Assembly: GCA_964016885.1 (NCBI GenBank)
Contig: OZ024742.1
Coordinates: 288,114,001 to 288,178,000, forward strand
Length of the DNA: 64,000 nucleotides
Source: Eledone cirrhosa
Lineage: Eukaryota
Direction of reading: 5' to 3'
Shown: in pieces, positions 1 to 12,109 of the stretch
How the letters are laid out: the number at the start of each line of letters is the position of its first letter
Position numbering within the stretch: position 1 is the first letter of the stretch
Position numbers and translations under genes: made by a program
The notes under the pieces: model-generated
Databases searched by the model: none
Told to the model about the DNA's origin: nothing
What the model saw: only the letters and a program-made list of their open reading frames with translations

Positions 1-355
1 CATATATATAATATACTTCCTTTTCTTACTAATTATACACATACCCTGCTTCACTACTTTTTAAAAAAATATTTTACAAGTAGTTAAAATAAGAATGTGA
101 TGCATTTAACAAACTTTACATCTGAACCTCTACATGGCTGTTCTTCAACATGTCAGATATAACAACCAAATGTCACACTACTATCTTTTTAAAAAGTACA
201 TATTGATTAATGTAACCCAAAGTACATAATGTCTGAAATGTCTTCCATTTTTTTTATTTCATTCCATAAAATGTCACCAGTTCACATTGAAATTTAACTT
301 AGTAACCATCATATATTATCATTTCATGATAAATATGATTATAGTAGTATAGCTT

Positions 356-1429
356 TTAGGCTGTGTGGATACGTTTGTGGGTAGAGAGATTATAGCTATG
401 TGAGAATGTTTTACCACAGATATCACAGTGATATGATTTTTCTCCTGTGTGGATATATTTATGGGCAGACAAACTACCATTTTGGGAAAATGATTTACCG
501 CAGATATCACAGCAGTATGGTTTCTCTCCTGTATGGATACGTATGTGGGAAGACAAATTACCACTCAGAGAGAATGATTTACCACAGATATCACAATGAT
601 ATGGTTTTTCTCCAGTGTGGATTTGTTTGTGAGAAGATAAATTACTATTTTGAGAGAATGTTTTACCACAAATATCACAGTGGAATGGTCTTTCTCCTGA
701 ATGAGTAAGTTTATGGGATGTTAAACTACTACTGTAAGAGAATATTTTACCACAAATATCACAATGATATAGTTTATCACCTGTGTGGATATGTTTGTGG
801 ATACTCAAACCACTTCTTTGAGAAAATGTCTTATCACAGATATCACAATTGTAAGGTTTCTCTCCAGTGTGAATATGCTTATGAGTAGACAAAGTACGAC
901 TGTTAGAAAATGTTTTATCACAGATATCGCACTTATATAATTTCTCTCCTGTATGGATACGTTTGTGGGAAGTGAAATTAGAACTATTAGAAAATGTTTT
1001 CCCACAGATATCACAGTGGTATGGTTTTTCTCCTGTATGAATACGTTTGTGGGAGGGTAAATTAAAACTATGTGCAAATGTTTTACCACATATATCACAG
1101 TGGTATGGTTTCTCTCCTGTGTGAATACGTTTGTGGTAAGTTAAACTACCAGTGTGAGAGAATGTTTTACCACATACATCACAGTGATATGGTTTCTCTC
1201 CTGTATGAATGCGCTTATGTAGAGATAAGGAACTTTTTTTAGTGAAACTTTTGCCACAAACTTCACACTGGTACAGCTTGGTGTCTGTGTGAATTAATTT
1301 ATGTTGAATTAAATTCTTTCTTGTTGTGAACAATTTCTTACAGATATTACAAGGGTGTGGTTTCTCTTCTCTGTTTTCCTGTGTGTCAGTAGATGAATCA
1401 ATATATTCAGGCTGTATTTTCTCATCCAT
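356..1429 (-). CDS. C2H2 zinc-finger protein, 12 tandem fingers, no recognisable effector domain (single coding exon)
   Basis: 357-aa ORF with 12 CxxC-x12-HxxxH units joined by TGEKP linkers. Probable splice acceptor TATATTTCAG (minus) at ~1851 opens the exon upstream of the ATG. Confidence 0.93.
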   Translation of the reverse strand: MDEKIQPEYIDSSTDTQENREEKPHPCNICKKLFTTRKNLIQHKLIHTDTKLYQCEVCGKSFTKKSSLSLHKRIHTGEKPYHCDVCGKTFSHTGSLTYHKRIHTGEKPYHCDICGKTFAHSFNLPSHKRIHTGEKPYHCDICGKTFSNSSNFTSHKRIHTGEKLYKCDICDKTFSNSRTLSTHKHIHTGEKPYNCDICDKTFSQRSGLSIHKHIHTGDKLYHCDICGKIFSYSSSLTSHKLTHSGERPFHCDICGKTFSQNSNLSSHKQIHTGEKPYHCDICGKSFSLSGNLSSHIRIHTGEKPYCCDICGKSFSQNGSLSAHKYIHTGEKSYHCDICGKTFSHSYNLSTHKRIHTA

Positions 1430-2084
1430 AACTTTCTCTTTTAATCTCTATATATGATGGTCTTTGTTAACGTTTGAAGATATCTTGTTAAGACAGCACT
1501 TGTAATGGATTTCTTAGGAAAGAATGTTGTAATTAATAACCAGCAACTAAAAGATCATTAAACTAGCTCCAATTAACAAAACATATCCCTATATGGAAGT
1601 TCTTATATACAAGACAGTTAAAACATCATGATAAATAATCCCAGTTTAATCTAAATCTCTAAGTTTATACATTTGTAATCAATAAAGGTATTGTTGTAAA
1701 TAATCTCAATTCCAAGGAAATATTTCACATCCAACCAAGAGTTGTAGAAACAGGCTAACATCAACTTCATGAAGTTGTTTTTAGTCTTCAAATGTTGATA
1801 TGTTGATAATCTTCAGTGAAATATCTATTATCTCAATGTCTTCAGATAACCTGAAATATAGACAAGATAAGACATATGGGATAATGTAGTGTTAACATGA
1901 AGATAGTGGTTGTTTTAACATTAGTATTCAGATGTTTGTGTTTTGGTCATTTAGAGTGTTTTAGTTGTTCATACTTTACAATGATTGGAGAATAGATGAT
2001 TCATCCAATGAGTAATACTCAAGAAAAAAATAAGACTAGTTATAAGTAATTATGAATCACTACCTCCTTACGGACAACTGACGC

Positions 2085-2420
2085 TGCACACTAGGTCCGA
2101 ACACAGAAGAGCTGAATTCCCATTGTCATCGCCTCCATCTCTCTCGCCCTCCCCATATCTTTATTATGAGCAAATGGGGTCCCACATGTGAGCTGCCCCA
2201 CAGCCCCGGCAGACAGAATGGAGAAGGTGTTTCCTCGGAAGATGGTAAGGGAGATGCGCTGAAAGAGCCGTTTCATCTCGCGAGGCTCACACCTGCGGCT
2301 AGCCAGCTCAGCGCCTATGGTGGTAAGTAGGGACGTAGCCCTAGGTCCAAGGACACCAGAAGTCTCCACTGCTAGGGGTTTGACTGCAAACCTGTCAGAG
2401 AGTGACCGATACTTGGAGAG
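2085..2420 (-). mobile_element. 3' fragment of CRE-clade (restriction-like endonuclease) non-LTR retrotransposon
   Basis: Translation [23 protein letters not shown]...LFQRISLTIFRGN resembles the C-terminus of CRE-type REL ORFs. Closely similar to 18010-18270. Confidence 0.75.
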
Positions 2421-3689
2421 TTTACCCTCCTCAGCCCAAAATATTAGAGAGAAGATATTTGACCAAAAGTATTGAAAGCTAGAATAGCAAAGAACAATCA
2501 GAAGATATTTACAAAGAAAAGACACTTTGGTATAGAGAGGTGGTGGAAATGGATGATGAGGACTTTGTATGTGGATACTGTACTGACATTCAGAGTTGAC
2601 CACTGATTACTATAACTTGATCTACAGAACATATTTACAGAGAAATGGCATTCTGGTGTAAATAAATGGTGGAAATGGACCAGGAAAAGTTAGAAAAAAC
2701 CAAATCATTTTATTTGACTAAATCATTCAACTTCACTATTTAAATCACAAATGTAAACATTTGCTTCTCTTTCTTGGATAATATACACTCCTTTCCAACA
2801 GTAGTTGTTGGGTTTGTCAATTCCTGATGCAGAGAGTGATAGATTAAAGCAGGAAGTCTGGGACAATTTATGTTTGAGAGACACTTTCAACTCTCTCTTT
2901 GATTAATGCGATCAATTTTCAAGTGCTGCCTACTTTCTACAAGTGCCAAATTCTCGAGTGACTGGCTTGATGCTCTGCCTATGACCAACTCAGTCTGGAT
3001 GAGCTCCACATTGCCATTGCACTTAGTGTGGGAGTTAAATATCATAGAGGCAGGCCCCTTAACTCCATGGATATTCATATATTGTCTTGCCATCTGAATG
3101 CAAGTCGCTAAACCTAAATATTGAGTGAGCTCTGGTTCAAGTCACCCTTTGCCCTGTGTAAGAGGTAGATGTTTCATTTGGTACACCACAATCAGCGATT
3201 CTTTTACCCCTTCCTGCATCTTAGATTTTGTAATAAAGCAGTGTCACTACATTCATAGCTGAACAGAATAACATTCTAAAATACCACGAATCATCAGTAA
3301 ACTATATATTTTATCAGCTTGCAGTGCACAAGATGTTTGAAGGCGCTGGACCACTGACAACAAACTTCTTCACATTGATCTAGGCTCACTGTACCATGAC
3401 AGTGCTTGGTTATTACATAGTCTTAGTCTCGCTATCACTCTTGGCAATGCTGCAAATGTGTTTGTTTGCCTCAAACATTATTAGAGCAAAGTTCAAAGCC
3501 TCTAACACTCAATCACACGCCTGTTGTAGCATGCTGTTGAATGTGCGAGTTTCCTCTCACCACCTCTTTTTTTTTCTTTTTTTAGTACTGTATATAACTG
3601 CACATCTTATATAAATTGTATTGACAACGTGATAATAATAGAATATTGTGTTTATAATATATATTACAAATATTATTTAACTAAGTAGA

Positions 3690-3950
3690 CGAGAAAACAG
3701 AACCCAAATCCCCTCGGGGATATGGCCTTGCTCAGAATGTAGGAAAAGTGTAGGTAGGAACTCCATCCTCTGCCCCAAATGCAAAGAGATGTAGTGGGAT
3801 CTCAGGAAACTTAACTAAGAATGTAGGCTTCATATGTAGCTGGGGCAGCAAACGGCCACAGGAAACAAGCACCAGCAAACTCTGGGAGGGCTCTGTAGAA
3901 ACAGTAGACGGCTTCTGTTACTTAGGTGACTGAATTAGCAGTGGACGTGT
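3690..3950 (+). mobile_element. RTE-like LINE fragment (same family as 44095-45290)
   Basis: Encodes degenerate WPCSECRKSVGRNSILCPKCK...VETVDGFCYLGD, matching the 44479-45381 translation. Confidence 0.7.
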
Positions 3951-3954
3951 AGGC

Positions 3955-4170
3955 GTCACGGACAAAGCACCTGACACTCACTGTAAATGAGGTTGGTGTT
4001 AGGAAGGGCATCCAGCTGTAGAAATCAAGCCAGAATCAGTTCCTGTATGAGCAAGACAAGGTCAGCCGACCGGACACTGCCCACAACAAAACAACCCGTC
4101 TAACCCATGCTAGCGTGAAGAACGGACGTAAAACGGTGATGCTGATGATGATGATGATGATGATGATGAT
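3955..4170 (+). mobile_element. SINE 3' part with (GAT)n tail
   Basis: GGTTGGTGTTAGGAAGGGCATCCAGCTGTAGAAATC...AACCCATGCTAGC..GGACGTAAAAC followed by a (GAT)n tail. Shared with 11266-12080 and 20265-20609. Confidence 0.75.
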
Positions 4171-4349
4171 AAATTGTGTTGAAATATGATATGCTAAATA
4201 TTATTCATTTACATATATTGTGTCTACATAAAATATAATACAGATTATAAATATAATAGACATATTTATTATAAAAATTGTGTTTATATAAAATATAATA
4301 GGCCTTGTGAATGTAATAGATACATTGTAAATATTCATTATGTAAATAA

Positions 4350-4925
4350 GTCGAGTTTAAGTATCTTGGGGCCGTGTTCACGAGTGATGGAAGGCATGAG
4401 GCTGAATTAAGTGCAAGAATTGTAGTAGCTGGTGTAGCGTCAGCATTCGGTAATTAGAAAAAGGTAGGTAAGTGTAAAAGCCAAACTAGCTATATTCAAT
4501 TCAGTATTCGTGCCAACCCTTACCTTGTCATGAATCTTAGGTAATGACTGAAAGAATAAGATCGCGAATACAAGCGGCCGAAATGGGGTTCCTCGAAGGA
4601 TCCTTGAAGTAACGTTACTCGATAGATTGCGTAGCTCGGAGATCAGAGAGTCACTCCAAGTAGACTTACGCGAATTGAGAGATCTCACCTCCGATACTAT
4701 GGGCATGTGGTTAAAATGTCTCAGGAAAGAATCACTGCATAGATTTTATGGGCAAAACCAGCCGGCAGGAGACCCAGCGGTTGACTCCCGAGCAAGTTCG
4801 TTGGATAACATCAATGAGCTTGGCTGGTCTCGTTTGGGGAACCAGCCGGATCAGTTGCTTCTGACAGGACCTGCTAGAAGGTGTGTTTGAGGACTCTGTC
4901 CCATAACCACCCCAGGAATAAATAG
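4350..4925 (+). mobile_element. RTE-type LINE 3' fragment (family B)
   Basis: FKYLGAVFTSDG..AELSARI.. and ...CLRTL.P.PPQE* end. Homologous pieces at 13470-13770(-), 31270-31660, 38024-38272, 41085-41895 and 45315-45700. Confidence 0.75.
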
Positions 4926-5947
4926 AAGGAATATGTTGAAAAAATATTAGAAAATAGATTTATTTTGTCATTTATCGTACAACATTTTAAAAATTTTTGT
5001 TACATTTCGGTCAGTTTAGTTTTGTGATATACAATATGCTAGAAAAACAGATGTCCGTTCATATTTAAAGTAAATATTGATATATTCATAATACTTACAA
5101 AACAAAGCAGTGAATGTGAAATATATAGTTAACATCCAGTCAGACAGTTAAACATGGGGCAATTGTTGAGAACGATCAACAACTTAACTCATAAATTTCT
5201 TTCTAATAAAGCCATAGAGCTGCAAACATCAACAACCATTTTCTGTGTGTATATATATATATGTGTGTAGTCCTCATCTCTTGATAAAAAAAAAATGATT
5301 ATATAAGAATATATAAGTGTGAGTTAGACAACAGCAGATGGCCGAACAATAAATTATCGAGGGGGATAACTCTCTTTCTTCAAACCAGATTTTTAAAAAA
5401 ATGACGAAACTAGGCTTATGTAAGGTACATATCATATTTGAAATAAATATATATCATTACATTTTCCAGTGTGTAATCTCTGTTTGTCCCTCATCCTTAG
5501 AATCCTAACATGTAGTAAAAAAAAAAGTAAATCCTACTGTAGTAAAAAATTTAGTATAAATATCCAAGGGTTTAGAAGATCACTCAGTCCATATATATAT
5601 AATCAAGGTTTAGCAAATAGAGAAAAAGTTTTAAAAGTTCACTGTACTTACTATATTTACCCTTACCGCGTGGTTTCAAGTCTCAAAATAAATGGATAAT
5701 CATATATATATATATATATGTAGAAGAGATATTTAATTTGTTGGAAATCCAACAAATATAGATGTTTATAACTGATTCAGAGCACTCGACAGATTTCTGG
5801 AGTAAGTATTCAATATTACATAAATGGAAACTATATTTGTAAAACCATATTTATTCTATTATATATATTTCAAGGGTACCAAAAATGTTGGTATGCTATG
5901 AACCGTTTATTATCCTTGGTCTAGTCAAATATTTATAAAACCTTTTG

Positions 5948-6009
5948 TATTTTATCTGATGATAGCGTACCAAAATTTTTGGTAGCCTTGAAATATATAT
6001 AATAGAATA
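5948..6009 (+). ncRNA. Type I hammerhead ribozyme motif (Penelope-like), with inverted partial copy at 5811-5897
   Basis: Stem I TATTTTAT/ATAGAATA; CTGATGA 5956-5962; imperfect stem II hairpin; GAAA 5990-5993; palindromic minimal stem III (TATATA); predicted AUA cleavage after 6001; AATAAA follows. Confidence 0.6.
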
Positions 6010-6229
6010 AATATGGTTTTTTAAATATAGTTTCCATTTATTTAATATCATTGTATATATATATATATATATATATGAAGAGATTCAGGACACCGACGGC
6101 TGTGCTCCAACCTTTTCGAAAGCTAGAATCCAAAATGAATCTCTTCATATTACCCACTCCTCTACCCCAAGTATCGAGTACTCTGCTGCGTTATGGTCCA
6201 CCTGGTATCTTACCACACCCTCTTTGTTT

Positions 6230-6268
<39 letters not shown>

Positions 6269-6600
6269 GATTCAGGACCCCAACGGCTGAGCTCCGGCCG
6301 TTTCGACAGCTAGATCCGAACGAAAGTGCTGGTATATATATATTGTTATACTTTGGGTGGGTCATGCTGCCAATAAAAACACACGCACCTTTTAGGTTTC
6401 AATTCAATTTATTATTTCCCAGTCGGTTAGTTTAATAAATGGATGGTTATTTTGTTGTCATCAAAGCTCTTTCATGCTACACGTGCTAGAACCCTTTCAG
6501 CAACTTTCATGACCTGGTCGGTCTGTAGTGACCTACATTCTGAGGGCTCATGGATACATTCTCCGTGCGTTGTTTGGCTCATGGATACATTCTCCATGCG

Positions 6601-7611
6601 TTGTTTGGCTCAGTTCAGCCAATTGCCGCTAGCATAGGAGAATGTGTCTCGACTTCCGCCCAGAGAGAAAAATTCCCGCGGTGATTCATAAATCTCTCTC
6701 TTGCTGCTTTGGAGGTGAACACACAATCATGTAACGGTGAGATTTTCACTTTATCAAATAATATATATTTGTTGCGTGTTCTCACCACTTTAACAATAAG
6801 GTTTAATTTGTTTGTGTCTGCGTGTCCTGTCCTTGGGGTCACCACTTTAGCTAATCGAATACGATTTGTGTTTAGTCCACTTGAGTGGATACCAAATGAT
6901 CCTATTGCTAATTTAATATGAAGAAGGAAAGATACAGGAATAAACAATAATTTGCTGGTTACAGGCTGGACTCTATGTAACAATATAATTGTTTCTACAT
7001 TTGGCACAAGGCCAGCAATTATCCTAGTGTATTACTGGTGCTCTATGTAACATAATATAATAAATAACAATGAGTTCCTCAACAGTGTAAAATAGCTTTT
7101 GCTCTTTATTAGTGTGTGTGTATGTTACATATATATAGGTGAAATAAACATACCTGTGAAATTGAAGTTAATCCTTAGAAGCAAAGTGCATATCAAGGCT
7201 GTGCCGCGTGGGTAACGGTCCCCAGCTTGATATGTGTGCAGCTCGGAGGCTGGAGCGAGAAAGAGAGAGATTTATGAATCACCGCAAAGTTTGTTGAATT
7301 AGTCGTAAAGTCTTTGTTAACATTTTTACATGTTTTATTCACAACTAATTACAAAGAGTTAAGTTGAGTTGACATGTCAAAGTAAAGAACAAACAAAATT
7401 AAGAGTTAAGAAGTGAATGTGGCATTGGGCCAGGCTTAAGGTGGCCGACAGGCCAAAGTGAAAATCTCACCTTACATGATTGTGTTCACCTTTCAGAGTC
7501 CAAAGCAGCAAGAGAGAGATTTATGAATCACCGCGGGAATTTTTCCCTCTGGGCGGAAGTCGAGACACATTCTCCTATGCTGGCGGCGATTGGCTGAACT
7601 GAGCCAAACAA
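6601..7611. repeat. Inverted repeat, ~150-bp arms (6601-6751 / 7456-7611)
   Basis: TTGTTTGGCTCAGTTCAGCCAAT...GATTTTCACTTT is the reverse complement of 7456-7611. A short third copy lies at ~7262-7286. Confidence 0.85.
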
Positions 7612-7619
7612 CCTCGAAA

Positions 7620-8430
7620 TATAGGTCACTACAGGTCCATCAACTTGATACCTCTCTTTAGTGCATCCACTTTACCCTTGTTGCAATTTACAATGACATT
7701 GCTGCACCAGTTGTTGCGTATGACATCATCCTGTATTATTTGATTAATTATACATCTGACTAGCTCATATCCTATCATGCCAGATGCTTTTAGCATATCG
7801 GCGACTATATCAGATGGCCCTACCTTCATGTCCTTAATTGCTTTATCTATCATGCTGCTGTCAACTTTTATGACTGGTCCCTCACTATCCCGTTCAGCAA
7901 TCTCTCATGTTTTCCATGCCTCTTACCTTTTGGCGTCAGACAAGGCAAGTGCTCCACTATCATTTCAAAAACACTTTTCTCTAGTATACTGTTTCGCAAT
8001 TCCCTATGCAGAACATATGCATTTTTTTCTACCTCTCCCATTGCTAGATATACTTGGCGCCTGGCTTCCCTTCTTTCTATCTCTTCCATTCCTCCAGGCT
8101 TGTCTTTTTGTTTTAATGGCTCTTTCTACCTTGTCATTTCACCCTCCATCTTGGCAGGACCTTGCTCTAGCTGCAAATATGGCTTGTGGCTTCCAGCAGG
8201 TTGTCTTGTAAAAATTCCCGAATTTTCCCTATGCCATGTGTCCCTAATTGCTGTTCCTTACTGTCAGGCATCAAGAAAGATTTCTTTAAATTTGTTACCT
8301 ACAGAGGGTTCTCTCTGCTTCCAAGTCTTCTTTCGCCTGATTGGCTTCTGTTTCTTGGTCCACCTAGCCCTTACTCTAAGGTCACTGACAACTAATCTAT
8401 ATTGGGAGAAACATTCCTCCCTAGAGGACT
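7620..8430 (-). mobile_element. Decayed RTE-like LINE ORF2 fragment (pre-RT/RT N-terminal region)
   Basis: KAIKDMKVGPSDIVADMLKASG...WCSNVIVNCNKGKVDALKRG.IKLMD, frameshifted. Confidence 0.7.
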
Positions 8431-9783
8431 TGGTATAGGCACAGGCATAGCTGAGTGGTTAAAGATTTTTTTTAGCAATCATGTGGTTCTGGGTTCAGCC
8501 CCATAACATCAGGTTGGCCAATGCTTTATGGAAACTGCAGAAACCCAAGGGACAGTTCGTCTAACCCATGCTAATGTGGAAAATGGATGTTAAACAATGA
8601 TATATATATGTGTGTGTATGTGATCATGTCTATGTCTTGTAACATAGCTGTTAAAAAACCAGACATAAAAAAATAAGTACTTGGAGTGATATGCTTGACT
8701 AAAATCCCTATAAGGTGCTGTCCTAGCATACCCGAAGTTTAATGAATGAAATGAATATAATCTGTATCTATATGCACTATCCTAAGCATCCTTGTGGGAA
8801 AAAAAGAAATAAATCAAAAACAATTATAAAAATCTTTATTAAATCATAAAATTTTGTTTGAGTTCTGTGAAAATTAGGGTGCAAGAGAGAAAACTGTGCT
8901 GGTACAGACAGGAATGGAAGATGTTGATTGTATTAAGAAACATTGAATGGTTAAAAGCTATGGAAAATGGAGACCTAGCAAGACGTTGAATGAAAAGGTG
9001 AAAGTTGACCCTCACAAAGGAGATGAAGGAAGACTAATGAATGATAATATTCTCTACTGGAGAAGACCTGCCTACTGAAGTAAGCATAGCAAAATAGTCA
9101 TTTAAGTGAAATTCTCCATAATTCCTGTAGCGTAGTAGTTCAATGAACATCAACAGCATATATATATATATGATGATGATGATAATGATGAAATGAAAGG
9201 ATCACCGAGGTTTAATATATTAATATATTACATGAATTGTCTTTCACTAATCTGGATATTGACAAAATTAAATTAGAGCTTTAAATATCTGAATGCCGTA
9301 GACAGTTGTATCATCAACTCATATAATTTACCTTATATATATATATATATAGATGATTTGAAGTACCGGGACCGGGAAAACCACAAATCAGAGCAGTATG
9401 GTGTGATACAGAGTGGTTATATTAGTAAAAGCAGCAGATCAACCACAAGCTCATCAGTTTTGGCTGGTTATATATATATATCGGTATAAATCGAAGTTGT
9501 AGCCCCAGTAAAGCAGATACCAATCAAATTGTTTGAGGCAATCACTAAGCACTCAATGGTGTGAAAAGAAAGTGTGACACCATGATAAATACAAACAGGT
9601 AGGAGACTAATATATATAAATATATATAATTAATTTAAGTATGTGTTAGTTTATCACCAACACTTTCATTTGCAAGGTAGACCACTTGACAAAGTGTGCA
9701 GGTGAGTCTGTTTACTCCGGAGTATATTTATAAACATGCAGTGAAAGTCAACAGGTTAAAATTAATTTCGTTTATTCATAGTT

Positions 9784-9842
9784 GCTGTTATATATATTTC
9801 GGTGACAACCATTATGCAATAGCTATGACCTCATCATACAGC
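9784..9842 (-). ncRNA. Type I hammerhead ribozyme motif with C3->A core substitution (probably inactive)
   Basis: Minus strand reads GCTGT-ATGATGA-GGTCATAGCTATTGCATAATGGTTGTCACC-GAAA-TATATA-TA-ACAGC. Stems I and II pair; AATAAA lies downstream. Confidence 0.6.
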
Positions 9843-10379
9843 TAGAAGTTTAGCAGAAAAACAAAGATGAAATAAAGCTTACTTCTGTTGTTTCAATTCA
9901 TTGATATGCTCCAAGCTGAAAATTGGTGTTGTTTTCTGAAGGCTCTAGTAGCGTATATGCGACCAGAGCTTTGAGAAAGCAACACTAATCTTCAGCCCGA
10001 TAAAATAAAGTACAAAATTGTTGGCCTCGTGCCTAAATCAGAAATCATTATAATGTAGGTAGCTGAGTATTCCACAGACATAAACCCTTCATGAAATTCT
10101 GAGACTCATTTAATGTAACCAATGCAACAAAGCTGGATCTTACAGATAGTTCATTCAACTGGCTTCCAAACAGTCCCCGTTTACTGATTCAGTCACATGG
10201 CTTGAGACAACCTAAGCCTGTAGTAAAGATACTTGACCAAGATGTAATATATTGGGATCAAACCTAGAACCTCCTGATTATGAAACAAACTTCTTCCCGA
10301 CTCAGCAATGACTAAGTCCACAATGTAATAATGTATTGTGAAGACTATATGAAAATAAAACAGATACATTCTATGGGTC

Positions 10380-10385
10380 TTTATT
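10380..10385 (-). terminator. Probable polyadenylation signal of the kinesin-14 gene
   Basis: AATAAA on the minus strand ~230 nt after the TAG at 10615. Confidence 0.5.
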
Positions 10386-10614
10386 GAAAATATGAATCAT
10401 ATATTTACAAATTTAAAACCAAAAAGCGATAATAGATATTGGCAAGTTAGTCGTTACACACACACACACACGTACACAAATATAGGTGCACACACACAAA
10501 TGTACACAAACATACACATGCATACATATATACACACATACATGTACACACACACACACACGTGCACTCACATACACACACGTGCACAAGCGTGCTAATA
10601 AATTCTATTTTTTT

Positions 10615-10659
10615 CTATCGTACAATCTTCTGAGCAGTGCCAATGTTGCAGTTATTTAC
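10615..10659 (-). CDS. KIFC1: kinesin-14 last coding exon ([14 protein letters not shown])
   Basis: TTTTCAG acceptor, phase 0, TAG stop. Confidence 0.85.
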   Translation of the reverse strand, partial: VNNCNIGTAQKIVR

Positions 10660-10929
10660 CTGAAAATAAAAAAATAAAACATTTACAATTTTGTTTAGAT
10701 ATATTTTAATTCTACCATATAAAATATTTCATTTTAACGTGTTTAGATTTATATCTGAAAGCCTTCCGCCATAATTCTATCTGAGAACTTTTGTTACATT
10801 TCAAACACCAGCTTAATAATGAGAAAGTTATATTACTAAATCCCACCAAATTCTTGATTATTTTCAAAAATGAAACATATTGGCAATGTATTAAAAATAC
10901 AGCAATAAAGGGGTTTCCTTTTGACACCA

Positions 10930-10966
<37 letters not shown>

Positions 10967-11129
10967 TTGTGTCCCACACAACACTGTTTGTACCAATAAC
11001 TAACTAATTATGTGCACTCCACTCTGATATACAGATTTGTATTTACAAAATACGATTTCTGTAAAATCACGGAGTGAGTGGAAAGCGGCTGACTCAGACA
11101 AATTCTATTTGTCTGGTTCGTGTGTATAT

Positions 11130-11160
<31 letters not shown>

Positions 11161-11210
11161 CATATACACATTATATATATATATATATATACATATATAC
11201 ATATACACAT

Positions 11211-11241
<31 letters not shown>

Positions 11242-12078
11242 TATATATATATACACACACATGGTGGAGGCACATGGCTTAGTGGTTAGAGCATTGGCCT
11301 TGCAATCGAAAGGTTGTGAGTTCAATTCTCAGACCGGGTGATGTGTTGTTTCCTTGAGTAAGATACTTTATTTCACATTGCTCCAGTTTACTCAGCTGTA
11401 GAAATGAGATGATAGGGACTGGGGTCCCTATCATTCCACTGCAAAGTGGACGTGGAGGTGCCATGGCAAAAAAGCACCCAGCACTCACTGTAAATGAGGT
11501 TGGTGTTAGGAAGGGCATCCAGCTGTAGAAATCAAGCCAGAATCAGTTCCCGTCCCACCCTTGCAAGCAGGGAAAAGTGGACGTAAAATGATGATGATGA
11601 TGACACACACATGTATATATATATACATATACACATATCATCATCATCATCACCGTTTTACGTCCGTTCTTCGACGCTAGCATGGGTTAGACGGGTTGTC
11701 CTGTTGTGGGCAGTGTCCGGTCAGCTGACCTTGTCTTGCTCATACGGGAACTGATTCTGGCTTGATTTCTACAGCTGGATGCCCTTCCTAACACCAACCT
11801 CATTTACAGTGAGTGCTGGGTGCTTTTTTTCCATGGCACCTACATGTTCACTTTACAGTGTGGGCTGAGTGCTTTTTTGCTGTGGCACCTCCACGACCAC
11901 TATACAGTGGAATGATAGGGACTGGGGTCCCTATCATCTCATTTCTACAGCTGAGTAAACTGGAGCAATGTGAAATAAAGTGTCTTGCTCAAGGAAACAA
12001 CACAACACCCGGTCCGAGAATTGAATTCACAACCTTTCGATTGCAAGCCAAATGCTCTAACCATTAAGCCATGCGCCT

Positions 12079-12109
<31 letters not shown>

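Noticed and set aside
2880-3614. Possible host exons or ORFs
   Set aside because: Stop-riddled with no recognisable motif. Probably an old repeat relic that I cannot classify.
6080-6330. Two short repeats with GAAACGGCCG-like minus-strand motifs as hammerheads
   Set aside because: CUGANGA core and cleavage triplet are missing or mutated. At most truncated relics.
11266-11340. tRNA gene
   Set aside because: tRNA-like head continues into a SINE body and tail, and is multi-copy in the window.
10392-11341. Short ORFs rich in YI/HT/CV repeats (also 46.2-46.6, 55.6 and 56.7-58.3 kb)
   Set aside because: Translations of (TA)n and (CA)n microsatellites.
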